Shown here one piece after another: positions 13,041-25,058 of a stretch of DNA of 64,000 nucleotides; the stretch's first letter is position 1; each line of letters begins with the position of its first letter. Position numbers and translations under genes: made by a program. The DNA comes from Haliotis cracherodii (lineage: Eukaryota), in the NCBI RefSeq assembly GCF_022045235.1, contig NW_027266290.1, positions 1,860,001 to 1,924,000 of the forward strand, given 5' to 3'. Under the pieces are notes generated by a model. The model had not been told where the DNA came from. It saw only the letters and a program-made list of their open reading frames with translations, and ran no database searches.

Positions 13041-13465
13041 CCCGATCCACCCCAGTGGGGAAGGTAATCTACCCAGTCACCGAGCCTGACCACCCGATCC
13101 ATCTTAGTGGGGAAGGTAATCTACCCAGTCACCGAGCCTGACCACACGATCCATCTCAGTGGGGAAGGTAATCTACCCAGTCACCGAGCCTGACTACCTG
13201 ATCCATCTCAGTGGGGAAGGTAATCTACCCAGTCACCAAGCCTGACCACCCGATCCATCTCCGTGGGGAAGGTGATCTACCCAGTCACCGAGCCTGACCA
13301 CCCGATCCACCCCATTGGGGAAGATAATCTACCCAGTCACCGAGCCTGACCACCCAATCCATCTCAGTGGGGAAGGTGATCTACCATGCCACTGAGCATA
13401 ACCGCCAAAGCCACCCTGTCTGGGAAGGTAATCTACCAAGCCACTGAGACAAACCAACCGATCAT
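13041..13465 (+). repeat. 52-bp minisatellite, ~8 units (duplicate copy)
   Basis: Period-52 units from 13041 to 13457. Confidence 0.93.
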
Positions 13466-16400
13466 CTTTAGTAGGATCTTGAGGTTTTACTGCAGACACT
13501 ACATTGTTTATTTATTCAAGTTTTAACAACGAAGCAGCTGCTTACGTTAAACATATTAATGCATCTGTTCTGAAAGCAAATGAAAACGGTATGTTGGGGC
13601 ACTTGGTACCGTTTATGACTGTTTGCAACTGTAGTAAATATTATGTCCTTGTCTCTAAAGACTCTCGCTTACCTAATTACGTGCTTTAATGAATGTTCTA
13701 TATACGCCATACACGGTGGATGAATGACATAAAACGGAGGAAGTGTAAACTAGGGACGAAGTTAATGTAGAACGTTTTCTACGGGATTGCCCAATCGCTA
13801 TTCTAAATGAAATATGAAGCGTCTCGAGCTTCTAACTCTCGTTGTTATTACACATTCGGGAAAGGAGGAGCAACAACATTGAATTACATACCTTAAATCG
13901 ACATGCCTTCATATTTTTCAGAGCGTTTCTTCGGTGTAATGCCACCGATTTGAATAATACAGTAAACTACGGTTATGACGAACACGCTTATAACGAACTG
14001 ACTGATATAACGAACTTACTTTTTAGTCCCGGACATTTGTTGTATATATTCTGTATATATGCTTATAACGAACTACGGTTATAACGAACTGAAATAAGTT
14101 TGAGTTCGTTATAACCGTAGTTTACTGTATTTCAGTTCTTTCACAGTATGTCCGTTAACGTTGGAGGAGGGCCCAAAGTGATGCAGGTTCCAGGCTTTTA
14201 CCACATTTGTGGGATAAGACTACTCTCATTGTGCCATGGGACAATTACTTCGTAGCATTAAACATCCATGACACAGTTTTAAAATAAAATCTACTTTCTC
14301 TAATCACTTTGGTTGGTTTGCTGTTTTACGCCCCTCTCAGCAATATTCCAGCTATATGACGGCGGTCTGTAAATAAACGAGGCTGGACCAGACAATCCAA
14401 TGATTGACATCATGAACATCGATCCACGCAATTGGGATCGATGATATGCATCAACCAAGTTAGCAAGCCTGACCACCCAATTCCGTTAGTTGTTTTTTTA
14501 CGACAAGCATAGTCGCCTTTAACGGGAAGCATGGGTTGCTGAAGACCTATTCTACACCGATCTTGACGGGTCTCTCTAATCACGGATGGTCCTTGACCAG
14601 TCGCCTAGGATACGGCAACTTGGATACCTTGTCACGTCAGAATCCGATCATATATGGTACGAATCCTAGAGTTTGCACCATACCCGTGCAAATGGATTTC
14701 CAGGAGCTGCGTCACTTGGGCTCTCTTCCCAAGTTGAGCTGACACGCCCTGATACAACTGAAAGACTGAAAGAAAGTTCACATGGTGTTGGACCCAAGTA
14801 CCTAAGGAATTCCCACAAAGTCAGCTGTCTATACGTGTCTGAAACGCCGTGATATAAAAAGGAAAGACTGAAAGTTACTCTCAACTCACTTAACTCGCAC
14901 TAAGCCACCCGCTTATACGTGTCTGACAAGCCCTGATATAACTGAAAATTTAAAAAAATTCAATCCTAAAGATGTGTTTAGAATTTTATTTTGTATCATA
15001 GCCATACAACCCTTTGCAATTCTAAAGGACACAGTAAAATAGTTAGAGTGGTATGTCTAACATAGCAACGAGTTTCTTAAGTTCAACAATTCAAGGATAA
15101 AAGATAAAAACGGTACTGCAAACACGGAAACGTCTATAGAATTCAAATGTCAAATACATTCTATATCAAATATAAGTGGCAACATATACGATACAGGCTC
15201 AAACAGTTCTGCATAAATAATTATAAACTGTAATGATATCATATACACTCAAAATATGCATATGTACAGAAACGCAAAAGAAACGTCATCATGGATAGAT
15301 ATATGAGAACCCTTATTTGTCCAAACATACTTTGAGACATTTTGAAAAGATGAAACTTGGCAAAACTGATCATCAAGGTTGAAATTAAAGTGTCAAATGT
15401 ACTTAAAGTGAAACACAACACTAGTCTCTGAGAAAATGGCATCACAAGTCAGTATCTCGTGTGTCCGCCATGTGCATTGATGACTGCCGTGCAAAATCGA
15501 TACATTGAATGTATGAGTCGGTTGATGAAGGCCATAGGCACTTGAGCCCAAACTCTAAGGAACGCCTGACTCAGTTCAGCTGCAGTTGTCGGCTATGTCG
15601 GACGTCATTCGGCCATCTTTGAATCTTGTCCCACAGGTGCCCAATGGGATTTAAATCGGGACTGAGGGCAGGCCTCTGCATGGTTCTGATGTCATTCTGC
15701 TGGAGGAAGTCTCTTGTTGCTCTGGCAACGCGACGTGCCAAATGAGGTATGGCGTGTGGTCTCACGACTTGATCAATGTACTGAGCTGTTGTGACACCAT
15801 CGCCTCTCCAAGGAATGACGTTCTGGAAGACCACAGGGCCGACCCTCTGTGCAAGACCAATTCCACCCCACACCATGATGCTCGGACCACCCCATGAGTC
15901 TCTCTCAATAACAGAAGCATCCGAATAACATTCCCCATGACGTCAACCACTTCTCCTGGTCTTCATAACAATAACTTTCGTTTGAATGTTGTAAACCAGG
16001 TAAAGTTTGTCTCTCGATGCAAACAGGCCTCTTGTCTTATCATCAAAGACTATTCTATGAACTCAAAACACTCAAATATTATGCAAACGTATGTGCCCAA
16101 ATACAAACAGCAATACATATAATCAAGATCCAAAATTCAAAAGACAATAATTACACAAATACTCTTCCAAAACTTACTCGTCTATAGAAAAGAAAATACT
16201 CATACATCAAAACGTTTGTTTCTCCGTTTGCTGTTTAACGCTCCACTAAGCATCTCAGTAATCGACTATGGACCAGACAACCTAGTTGGCTCCATGAACA
16301 TCGATCTACGCAATTGGGACACGATCACATGCATTAACCAAGTCAGTGCGCCTCACCACCCTATTCCGTTAGTCACCTCTTACGACAAGTATGGGTTGCT

Positions 16401-18168
16401 GAAGGTCATTTCTAACCCAGATCTTCATCAGGTTATATGTCATAACGATGTATGTTATCTGATAAATGCAGCGGTAGAGTCTGATGTGAAATTCTTCCTT
16501 ACGGGCTCTAACGACCAATCAGACTAATTCCATTTGTCAAGCTGATTGTGGGTATCGAATGAACATAATATACCACACTGTTAATATGATCTACGTGTGT
16601 GGACTTCTTTAATGCGTTGTATCAAACACTTAAATAGAGGACTACGATTTGTTAAATGCTTCCTAGACACGTAAAATGTATATACAACCTTGTGTGTAAA
16701 TATTAAGATAATTGTGCTCCAGTGCAACGTTTCCGTTTGTGGAAGGGGAGACTATGATATTGTTTCATTGACAACACAAATCGGTCACCTGACGAGGTTT
16801 TGTCTGTTATCACTATTGAATGAGACAAATGGACAGGACATACTATAAACATTATGAAGAGGCATAAAACATTCAGTACACTAACACTGAAATATTATTA
16901 GTTAACAGTATAAAACATCAACATCAGAGAACAACAGATTCCAAAGGCGAAACAGCAGTGCAAATTATGTGAATGGATCACTGAAAATAAGTGAAAACAG
17001 CAGGTCTCGCGGAAATGCAAAGCATGCCCTGCTCTACCGGTAGCACCCACCACTCACACAATTTGCATAAAAAATAAATGCTGCAACATGATGTTATACT
17101 ATGACAGCAGTTGAATGAATAACTGGGATATGAAGGTTAGAAATTTGATACATAAAAGTGGAATAGATATGTATGGTTAGAGCAACAGATCCCAACAATA
17201 CCCAGTGTCATTTGTTAAGTCTTTTAAACAAGGATAAACGATTAATATTCCAACGAAATATCCACATCTTTATCTTCATCTACTTTGAGTTTGATTGTTT
17301 AATATTCTGTATAATTTGTTTCTGGATGCTAATCCTTGAAAAGTTCATTGACGTTTTCGATGTCCAATACACTGTTTGTATGTAAAAACTGGTATATATA
17401 AAATTTTCCCCTAAAGAGAAGAATAATGAATTTGTGACCAATGTTATGTGTGAACTTTCACTTGTTTTATCAGTAGCTTTGAAATCTAAGATTTATTATT
17501 TTCCAAGAAATTCGCGTGTCATCTCACATACAAGTTCAAGTTGCAACAGAGAAACTTTTGCTTTGTATCTTTGAAAACACTAAAAGCATGCTGCTTGTAA
17601 ATGCCAACATGTCTTAACCACTTAAAATCATAGGGATCTTAAAATCATAATTCCTGTCTGAAATGTCATTGCATTCATTTTTAATCATCTAAATTCAAAA
17701 TGTCCTCTTGCCATGCTCTGACTAGAAACACACACAGAAGACAGCGTTAAACCCAACTCACTCACTGAGTCACGACACACAAGTGCTACGTGATTGAGCA
17801 CATAAACCATATAAATTGGATTAAATACCATTTTCAACTTTTGTTGACGGGCGACTGAAAGAATAGTATAAATTCAAAACCTAACTGAACTGAAATGGAA
17901 TACGGTCACTTTTACGATTGACACTGTACTTGTAACCATGATCCAGTGACTGGCAAAACCGAATGTCACAGGGATCAAGATGAATGAAATATCTACCAAA
18001 TAACATCTGATTGTTAACTTAATGGACGAAGGGTAGGGCATTATTCGAAATTTGTATTTCCTTAAAAGAGTCTATGAATTTTGTCAGTTTTACGGGGCTT
18101 GTTTGGAGTAATTTAGATTAATTTACAGTTTACAGAATTAATTAGAGCGTTTACAGTATCAGAATTCG

Positions 18169-19419
18169 TCAGTTGCACTGGTACCTGTCAGCAGAACTTT
18201 CTGATATATTGTCCAACACATTCGGTACCAATGACAATGTACCATTGGGCACACAACCTCCTCCAAACCCGCCGCATTTGATATGAATAACAGCCCCCTC
18301 AGCACTCCTTGACAAAGTCTGTATGGCTGATTTGTAGCCTATCAGTTTCCATTGTTGCTCGGGTGAAACAATCCATCCTGTTCCTCGCAGATCCATGGTG
18401 AATTCTCCTTTAGCCCCACAAGATCTCACATTGAAATCTTCATGTTCAGCATAACAATCTGTTGCATAGCCATACCTCGGAGGAGTTTGTGAAATGTTTG
18501 CATACGTGGTGTCGTCAACAATCACATGCATTGTGACTGGATGAACTCTTATTTTCGAGTACCATACTTCTCCATCGCGCCCTTCACAGGTGGGATACAG
18601 ACTTGTTTCTCCTTGGCAAACTTGGTTACTTTTATTAGGAAAAATACCATAATTTTTATATGTGAGTGTAAGGTACTCCTTTGGGTTCCCGCTACTCATA
18701 TTGTGGCAGTAGACGCGAGTTCTGTAGAAGTCGAAGTTAGGCAACCTAATCCAGTATTCCCCATCTCCACTGGTCGGCCCACACCGCTTCACCTCACGAC
18801 ATGAGGATGGTACGGCTAAACGGCAATCTGTGAATGACCAATTACCACTCAGTCCACATGATGCACTGGCTTCCGGGTAGAAATCTGATTCACACACATA
18901 CTTGACAGTAGTTCCTATAGGAAGTTCACGAGCAGAAACCGTGGTGTTCAAGACGGCATTGGGAATGGCATCGAGATGAGACGTTAAACAACCAGACACC
19001 TCACAAACAGGTTCTCCTGCTGGAATGCAAATGGTATTGAGAGGGCACACATGGTTGGTACACATGGCAGCAAGTCGCTGTGGCCAGTGTTGAATGTCAG
19101 AGAAGAGAAAGCTTGATATACTTTCCATGTTTGCGTCTGTGCTGTCAGATGACTTATAGTTCAGATCACACTGATTTTGTCCCTCATTATAGTTGAATGA
19201 CTCACAATACTTTTTCCCAAGACAGTAGCGTGCACAGACCATCAGTCCACTGGCGTTAGTGGACAGGATTTGAGCATTTGCCATTTTAACTCCTCTTTTC
19301 ACAGAGGGTACATTCTCAGTGCACATTTTCTCTGCAGCTACTGTAAGGTCCAAGAAGTTAAGCCTGTGCAATACAACAAGGCAAACTGCCCAGACATAAT
19401 TGCCCGTTTGATTCCTCAT
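18169..19419 (-). CDS. Secreted PAN/Apple + EGF-like + Sushi/CCP + GON domain protein (416 aa from the ATG at 19419; ORF is open to 19491), single coding exon
   Basis: Signal-like N-terminus MRNQTGNYVWAVCLVVLHRLNFLDLTVAA. PAN pattern CARYCLGKKYCESFNY..QCDLN. Small EGF-like CTNHVCPLNTICIP..VC. Sushi C..IPNA..GTTVKYVCESDF..SCGLSGNWS..C. C-terminal ~200 aa has ADAMTS9/20/GON-1 GON hallmarks: PSSCREVK, DGEY, VYCHNM..PKEYLTL, YSKIRV, YGYATDCY, GEFTMDLRGTG, CGGFGGGCVP. Confidence 0.88.
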   Translation of the reverse strand: MRNQTGNYVWAVCLVVLHRLNFLDLTVAAEKMCTENVPSVKRGVKMANAQILSTNASGLMVCARYCLGKKYCESFNYNEGQNQCDLNYKSSDSTDANMESISSFLFSDIQHWPQRLAAMCTNHVCPLNTICIPAGEPVCEVSGCLTSHLDAIPNAVLNTTVSARELPIGTTVKYVCESDFYPEASASCGLSGNWSFTDCRLAVPSSCREVKRCGPTSGDGEYWIRLPNFDFYRTRVYCHNMSSGNPKEYLTLTYKNYGIFPNKSNQVCQGETSLYPTCEGRDGEVWYSKIRVHPVTMHVIVDDTTYANISQTPPRYGYATDCYAEHEDFNVRSCGAKGEFTMDLRGTGWIVSPEQQWKLIGYKSAIQTLSRSAEGAVIHIKCGGFGGGCVPNGTLSLVPNVLDNISESSADRYQCN

Positions 19420-20566
19420 GTCTACTCCGGAAAAATTCAGAACCGACCAGGTAAGTATAAATGGTCCTTCAAATACACGATACTTATACACATGTGAGCA
19501 AATGTTAAAAGCACCTACTACACCCGACCGGAAAGGCTGGATAGGCCTGGTAAATAGTTAAGCCAGCCAATACAGTCAATACAATGCAATTCAACCTTAC
19601 ACATACACATGTGCTTACATTTAATTATTGATGCATTGTTCAATGTGTAAATAAATAATCGTTTAATAATAATGTTTTCTTTCATTGTCTTGAGAAGCAA
19701 CTGCCATGGCGACACCATAACGTGGACGTCACCGATGCTCCATAGAAAGCATTACCCAGCAGCCCTACTTGCAATGACCCCCGAGAGGACTCCAGGTTAG
19801 AACTGGCTGGTCGTCACAGCCGACAAAACAAAAGATTTCAAAGGGAATATGATTTTAGATTGCCCATTCGACATTCCAATTGTATTTGCAATGACCCCCG
19901 AGAGGATTCCAAGAGTTATCTATTCTTATCAAGTGTTCCCTTCATTGGCAGAACGCTGAGATATGTTTGGACAAAATAGATTATGTACGAGATAATGTCT
20001 GACGATATTCAACAACTGAGTCAACAAGGATACAACTGAAGGCATATTTAGATATTAAGAATGCCAACCAGGCGGCGGCCATTTTGATACGACAAGCTCA
20101 CACGACGCAGCTGATGCCTCTGTATTGAGAGGTGGCACTTCGTGATCGATCGTGTAATTGTACCTGAAGCTAGGTCCGGAAAACGTGATTACAACTAACT
20201 GCTAGCGTATTAAAATACTGAGTAAGAGACTGCATTAAAGAGTGTATAGTCAATGAGGGACATACCCCTCCCCATAGTAGAACAAAGCAAACTTAGATTT
20301 TCCTTATGTTTTTGTATCCAGCAGACTAAAAAATGATGGTTGTGATCAAATGTATTGGTGGCAGATACTGTTTGTGGGTCGAAATGCACTTTGTTTTTGG
20401 TAAAATAGAGTCCCCCCAAAAGCTGGTGTGTGCATTGAGTCCTCATTTGTATCATTTATGTGATTGCTTAGACATAGTAGACATGACACTGTGTAATTAG
20501 TTAAAATATGAGGAACACATATACTTATACCTTCATCAATTAATGCTATAAAGCAGAGAACATTTT

Positions 20567-21184
20567 CCTGTAAGAACAACAAAAGTAATAAGATAACAAG
20601 GTGGCAACTTTAGAAGAGAAGCCAACAGTTAATTGGCGCGGACAGGTGATTAGCAATGGACAAATGGAACAGTTAACAGTCTCCGAACCATTGGCAGAGG
20701 CGCCAGCAGCGCAAGTCCAAACCCAAGAGGATGATTATACCAGATCCCCTGCAACTGTGGCCACCAATTCATTGGAGAAACCCTCAGATCCCTCAAGACA
20801 CCACTAAAAGAACATGACCTCTGTCAACAAACAAGAACATGACCTCTGTCAACAAACAAGAACACTTTGTCAAGAACCAAGACCACAACATCTAGTGGGA
20901 AGCCACCAAAATCCTGTCAACCAACAACAACAACTGGCGACATAGAAAACTACAAAGAAGACACCAGCCAGCCATGAACCGTGGCCTGAGAACCTATCTG
21001 CCCAGTGCGACGGACTTATTGCTTGGATAATTGTCTGCGCTAATTATCAAGCTGGCTTCCATCAGCGCTAATTAACTGCTAAGTGTGAGCTTCCATTTGT
21101 CCATTGCTAATCACCCATTAACTGTTTGCTTCCCTTATTTAGTTTCCACCTTTGTTATCTTATTACTTTTGTTGTTCTTCCAGG
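20567..21184. mobile_element. Foldback / long-TIR element (~110-bp imperfect inverted termini)
   Basis: 20567-20676 is the inverse of 21072-21184, including a perfect GGTGATTAGCAATGGACAAATGGAA; internal ~25-bp tandem at ~20808-20865. Confidence 0.7.
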
Positions 21185-21218
21185 TACATATACATCGTCT
21201 CTGCTTCATAGCATTAAA

Positions 21219-21736
21219 TAACCATCTAAAAAAAAATAAAAAACATACTACAGGTAACTGCCCACACTGCAAACAACTTGAAACCCCAGAACACGCACTC
21301 ATCCACTGCACACACTCCCTAACACATCGAACCGCATTACAAACCACCCTCAATCTAAACAAGGCTATCACTCTAGAAGCAATACTAAACCCACAAAATA
21401 AACTAGAAAACTTCAAGGCCTTAGGCGTATTCTTAATCAAAACGGAACTAATAAAACGCATATAAAAACACTATAATCTACCAAATCAAAATTACACAAA
21501 CAAACAAACATCCACCATACCCAGCTCCCTTAGTTCTCCTCCCCAACCCCATCGGCATCTATTCCAAATCTCAAAATTCCAAAATTTCTATATAAGCAAC
21601 CCCTAAAGCCCCCTCTTGGGTTGTACAGACCACTTTCGCCCCTTTCGGAAACACATTAAATGGCCTGGCCGGGCCCGTGTGCGAAATACGCATCAGTCGG
21701 AAAGCGCACGTTAAATCTCCAAAGTAAGTAAGTAAG
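21219..21736 (+). mobile_element. 5'-truncated non-LTR retrotransposon (I-group / Nimb-like) 3' end
   Basis: C-terminal CCHC knuckle CPHCKQLETPEHALIHC, stop at 21465, 3' UTR ending GCGCACGTTAAATC + (AAGT)n, 14-bp TSD TTCATAGCATTAAA (21205-21218 / 21737-21750). Confidence 0.85.
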
Positions 21737-21748
21737 TTCATAGCATTA

Positions 21749-21792
21749 AACACCTGATGAAGGAGTAAGTATATGCTCCGAAATGTTGTGTT
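21749..21792 (+). ncRNA. Minimal type I hammerhead ribozyme motif (Penelope-like-element type)
   Basis: AACAC-CTGATGA-A-GGAG(taagtatatg)CTCC-GAAA-TG-TT-GTGTT: stem I AACAC/GTGTT, core CUGAUGA and GAAA, stem II GGAG/CTCC. A related repeat at 33829-33900 keeps the canonical GAAACGTT. Confidence 0.7.
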
Positions 21793-22002
21793 CCTCATTA
21801 TATAAAAATTAACATCCATAAATTGTCTACTTGATGTGTATGAGTTCTAGATGTCATTCAGAAGTCTACATAAATTTATCCTAACCTCATAATCTGACAT
21901 ATAATCATAATATTAATGAATACAGTTTTGCTCTCAATTCCCAGAAAGTGCAATATTATGATTATATTTGTAATTACATACATGATTCTTCATAAGAGAA
22001 AG

Positions 22003-22281
22003 GGGGTACGGGTGGCCCAGTCGTTTAAGGCGCCGCGATTCGTTGTGCAGAGTTGCGTCCCTTGGGCATGCCAGAAACCTATGATTTTGAGTTCGAATCC
22101 CGGTTCGCCCAAATTATGTTTCTAGGTTTGTCACCACCATACCCGTGCTCGTGGGTTTCACCGAAGTGCTTAACGTCTTAGACCTGCATCACTTCAGGCT
22201 TTCCTCCCACATTAAGCTGACACGCCGCGATATAAATGGAATAATGTTAACAGCGGCGTTAAACCCAACTCACTCACTCAC
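22003..22281 (+). mobile_element. tRNA-derived SINE, family D (V-SINE/RUDI-like body)
   Basis: A-box at 22013, B-box at 22091, GTGGGTTTC..CTTTCCTCCCAC body, (ACTC)n tail, TSD TCATAAGAGAAAG. Other copies: ~32311-32484, ~33015-33126(-), ~39210-39460(-), ~48527-48751, ~63690-63945(-). Confidence 0.85.
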
Positions 22282-23654
22282 TCATAAGAGAAAGTTGCTT
22301 AAACCATAAAACGCATACGGTTCGGTATGACTAGACTGTTAAAAGTAACAACAAATGAATATGACTGAGATATAACCGAGAAATATCTTTACTCATGGCA
22401 TAAAAGCAATATTGTGTTCATGTAGCCATGGTGCATTCCAAACACATTTCTGCAATTCTTCACGGCAGAGGTAATTCAAAATAAACATGTATGATTTTAG
22501 TTTCCGCAAATAGCAGTAAATACAATAGCGTGTAATTGGATTTTCTGTCTGGTCCATTGCTTGATTCTCTGGGGGTTTTTAAAGACAACCGTCGCATGGC
22601 AACATACAAAGATAAATGTTCATGCAAATTGTGTGAGTGGCAAGTGTTACCGGTACGGCAGGACATGTTTACCCTTTTCGCTGATTTTCAATGATCTATT
22701 CATATAATTTTCACAGCTGTTTTGCTGTTACTCCCAATGGAATCTGTATTGGCGGATAATTGAGACTGGTTGTTCTCTGGTGTTGACGTTTATAACTTTA
22801 AAAAAATGGTCTGTTTTCTGCTGCAATACTGAATTTTAAGGGTCGTGTCTATAAGATGTTACCACATTTAAAGACTCTAATAATGTGTAATGGTATGAAA
22901 TAGGTTTTAAACATACCAGATGTAAACATGCTTTGTATTTGTGTCTTTGTGTGTTTTAACTCAACACGTTAAGGACATGTAACACATGTCAGTGGCTCAA
23001 TATGAACATTCTTTGAACATAACATGTTCATGAAAAGTGAGGAATATAGTTGTTTGTGTCATTCTTTAGTAACCCCCTACCGCTCGCAAGTAAATACGAG
23101 GTACGTCTACATATATCTACTGCCGCAACAATCGTTATATCAAGAGGCTAGAAGAGCTAGAAGAGAAATGTTCATAGTTGTGCGATGTCCAAGCGAAACA
23201 CAAGTTCTTGATTATTCACTTTGCTTTGATAAATACAGTCGAGCAAGGATTGTGGAATGTACTTATTGAACGGACATTTTAAAGCTTCAATAACGTAATT
23301 CCACTGAGCTGAGATAATCGAAACAGGGTATTCTCTGTTATTTATTTGTAAGTGAATCGGGAAAGGCAGTTGCACACTTGTAATTGTGATCTTGAAGAAC
23401 ATTGTGAAACGTGATATTCTTATGGTGATATCTGGTATTAAATTCAAAGAAGACAGCTTTCTCAACATTGCTGACACATGTTGCGATGTTCAAGAACTTG
23501 GATTGAGTTTGGATTGAGCCCCCAAGAAGTGTCCTCAAACTCTGCTTGAGCATTCGTCCTCCTGCAACACCTGGATGACCTGACAAGGCAGCTACAATGG
23601 TCCCACCTGTAGAAGATGTTTCAAGCAACACATAGTCAGAGTCATGTTTCAGAC

Positions 23655-24000
23655 TCCGTGGTCTAGTGGTAGAGCGTCCGCCCGGAGAGCGGAAGGTCCA
23701 GGGTTCGATCCCGGGCCGCGTCATACAAAAAGACGTTAAAAGATTGTACTTGTTGTTACCCTGTCTGGCGATCGGCATTAAGGGGCTAAAACAAGGACTG
23801 GTCGGCTCGGAGTCAGTATACTGTGTCTGAGTGGGGTATTCATGTTAAACTGCGGCATGGTATCTCAGTGGGCTAGCACTATAAATCGGCATCAGTCCGG
23901 ACTAGTACAAGCAGCCACACAAACACATACACGTGCATGCACGTCGCTATATAAGTGCAATAATCTTGGACGCGACGTTAAACCCAATTTCACCTCACCC
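23655..24000 (+). mobile_element. tRNA-derived SINE, family C (body resembles molluscan MetaSINEs)
   Basis: A/B boxes, TSD CATGTTTCAGAC (23643-23654 / 24001-24012), GCGACGTTAAAC + (TCACC)n tail. Superfamily assignment is from recalled consensus, not a search. Confidence 0.85.
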
Positions 24001-25058
24001 CATGTTTCAGACGACAATATGGCTGTAGATATGTCATAGCGACTGAATTACGACTACCATTGTCTGAAGTACATTTGATTGCAAAGGCTAATTACCCTGT
24101 AGCCATGACATGTATATTTCTCCGTAACTTAATTGTCATTATTTATATGACACTAATCCCCGTTGTTAATCCTCACCAACATTTCATTGTATTTTGGCTG
24201 TCAGTCAGCCTGGACTACCATATCACTTCCCTTTAACTACTGCTTTTTATCGTATGGCATTTATTGCCCTAATTGATCATCCCATGAACTGTGTTGGTTA
24301 ATCACGCCCATATGTCCAATGTCCAAAGCAACGTCGTTGTCTCTTTGTCTGTCCATTGTTGTTCATTACTATATATGTGCTACCATTACACAGTTACTAC
24401 GGTGTTAGACAGGCTTGGTATTCCGAGTGCTGGCATAGGGACGACATCGAGCAGGATATGCTGCTCGTAGGAAACGTCCTGAGGTGAGCTGGAGCTCCGC
24501 TCACCTCTTGTACGCCTGAGCTGGAAGGTCCGCTCATCGCTGTGTTTGTGTTGTCAGAGCAGGTATTCCGCTCGTTGTGCAATTGTTGTTTACTGTTTAC
24601 ATGTTGTGCATAAAGCGTTCCGGGACAGTGATGTCGATTTTGTCCTTTATTCCCCCAAGAGCTAATTCCCCGTTAACATGCGCGTTGACAGATACATCAC
24701 TCATCTCATCTGCAGTGACAGATCAAATGTCGTCTCCAGAGAGTGTCCTTGTCTCATGCCTGGACTGGCACGTACGAAACACTGCACCTGCTTTGGTTGT
24801 CAAAACTCTGCACATGGCTGGGTGGGTGAGTGAGTGAGTATGGTTTTACGCCGCTTTTAGCAATATTCCAGCAATATCACGGCGGGGCACACCAGAAATG
24901 GCACATGATGATAAACATGAAGGCTGAAGAGACAGTGGAAGTGGTGGCAGTGACTAATTGTATCTTACTGTATACTGTAGATATGATGGATACTTAATGA
25001 GTTACTGACAATACTGAAGCAACTCGACTATGGTCAGCAAATTTAATAGACAATAGAC

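Larger units (their letters stand above)
10826..18754. repeat. Segmental duplication, copy 2
   Basis: Same order of SINEs, minisatellites, Tc1 relics and GON-domain coding sequence as 1-8016; ORF-track entries are duplicated. Confidence 0.97.

Noticed and set aside
24397-24837. Possible coding exon (GC-richer stretch with short ORFs on both strands)
   Set aside because: No recognisable domain; stops interrupt the candidate frames and no partner exons were found.
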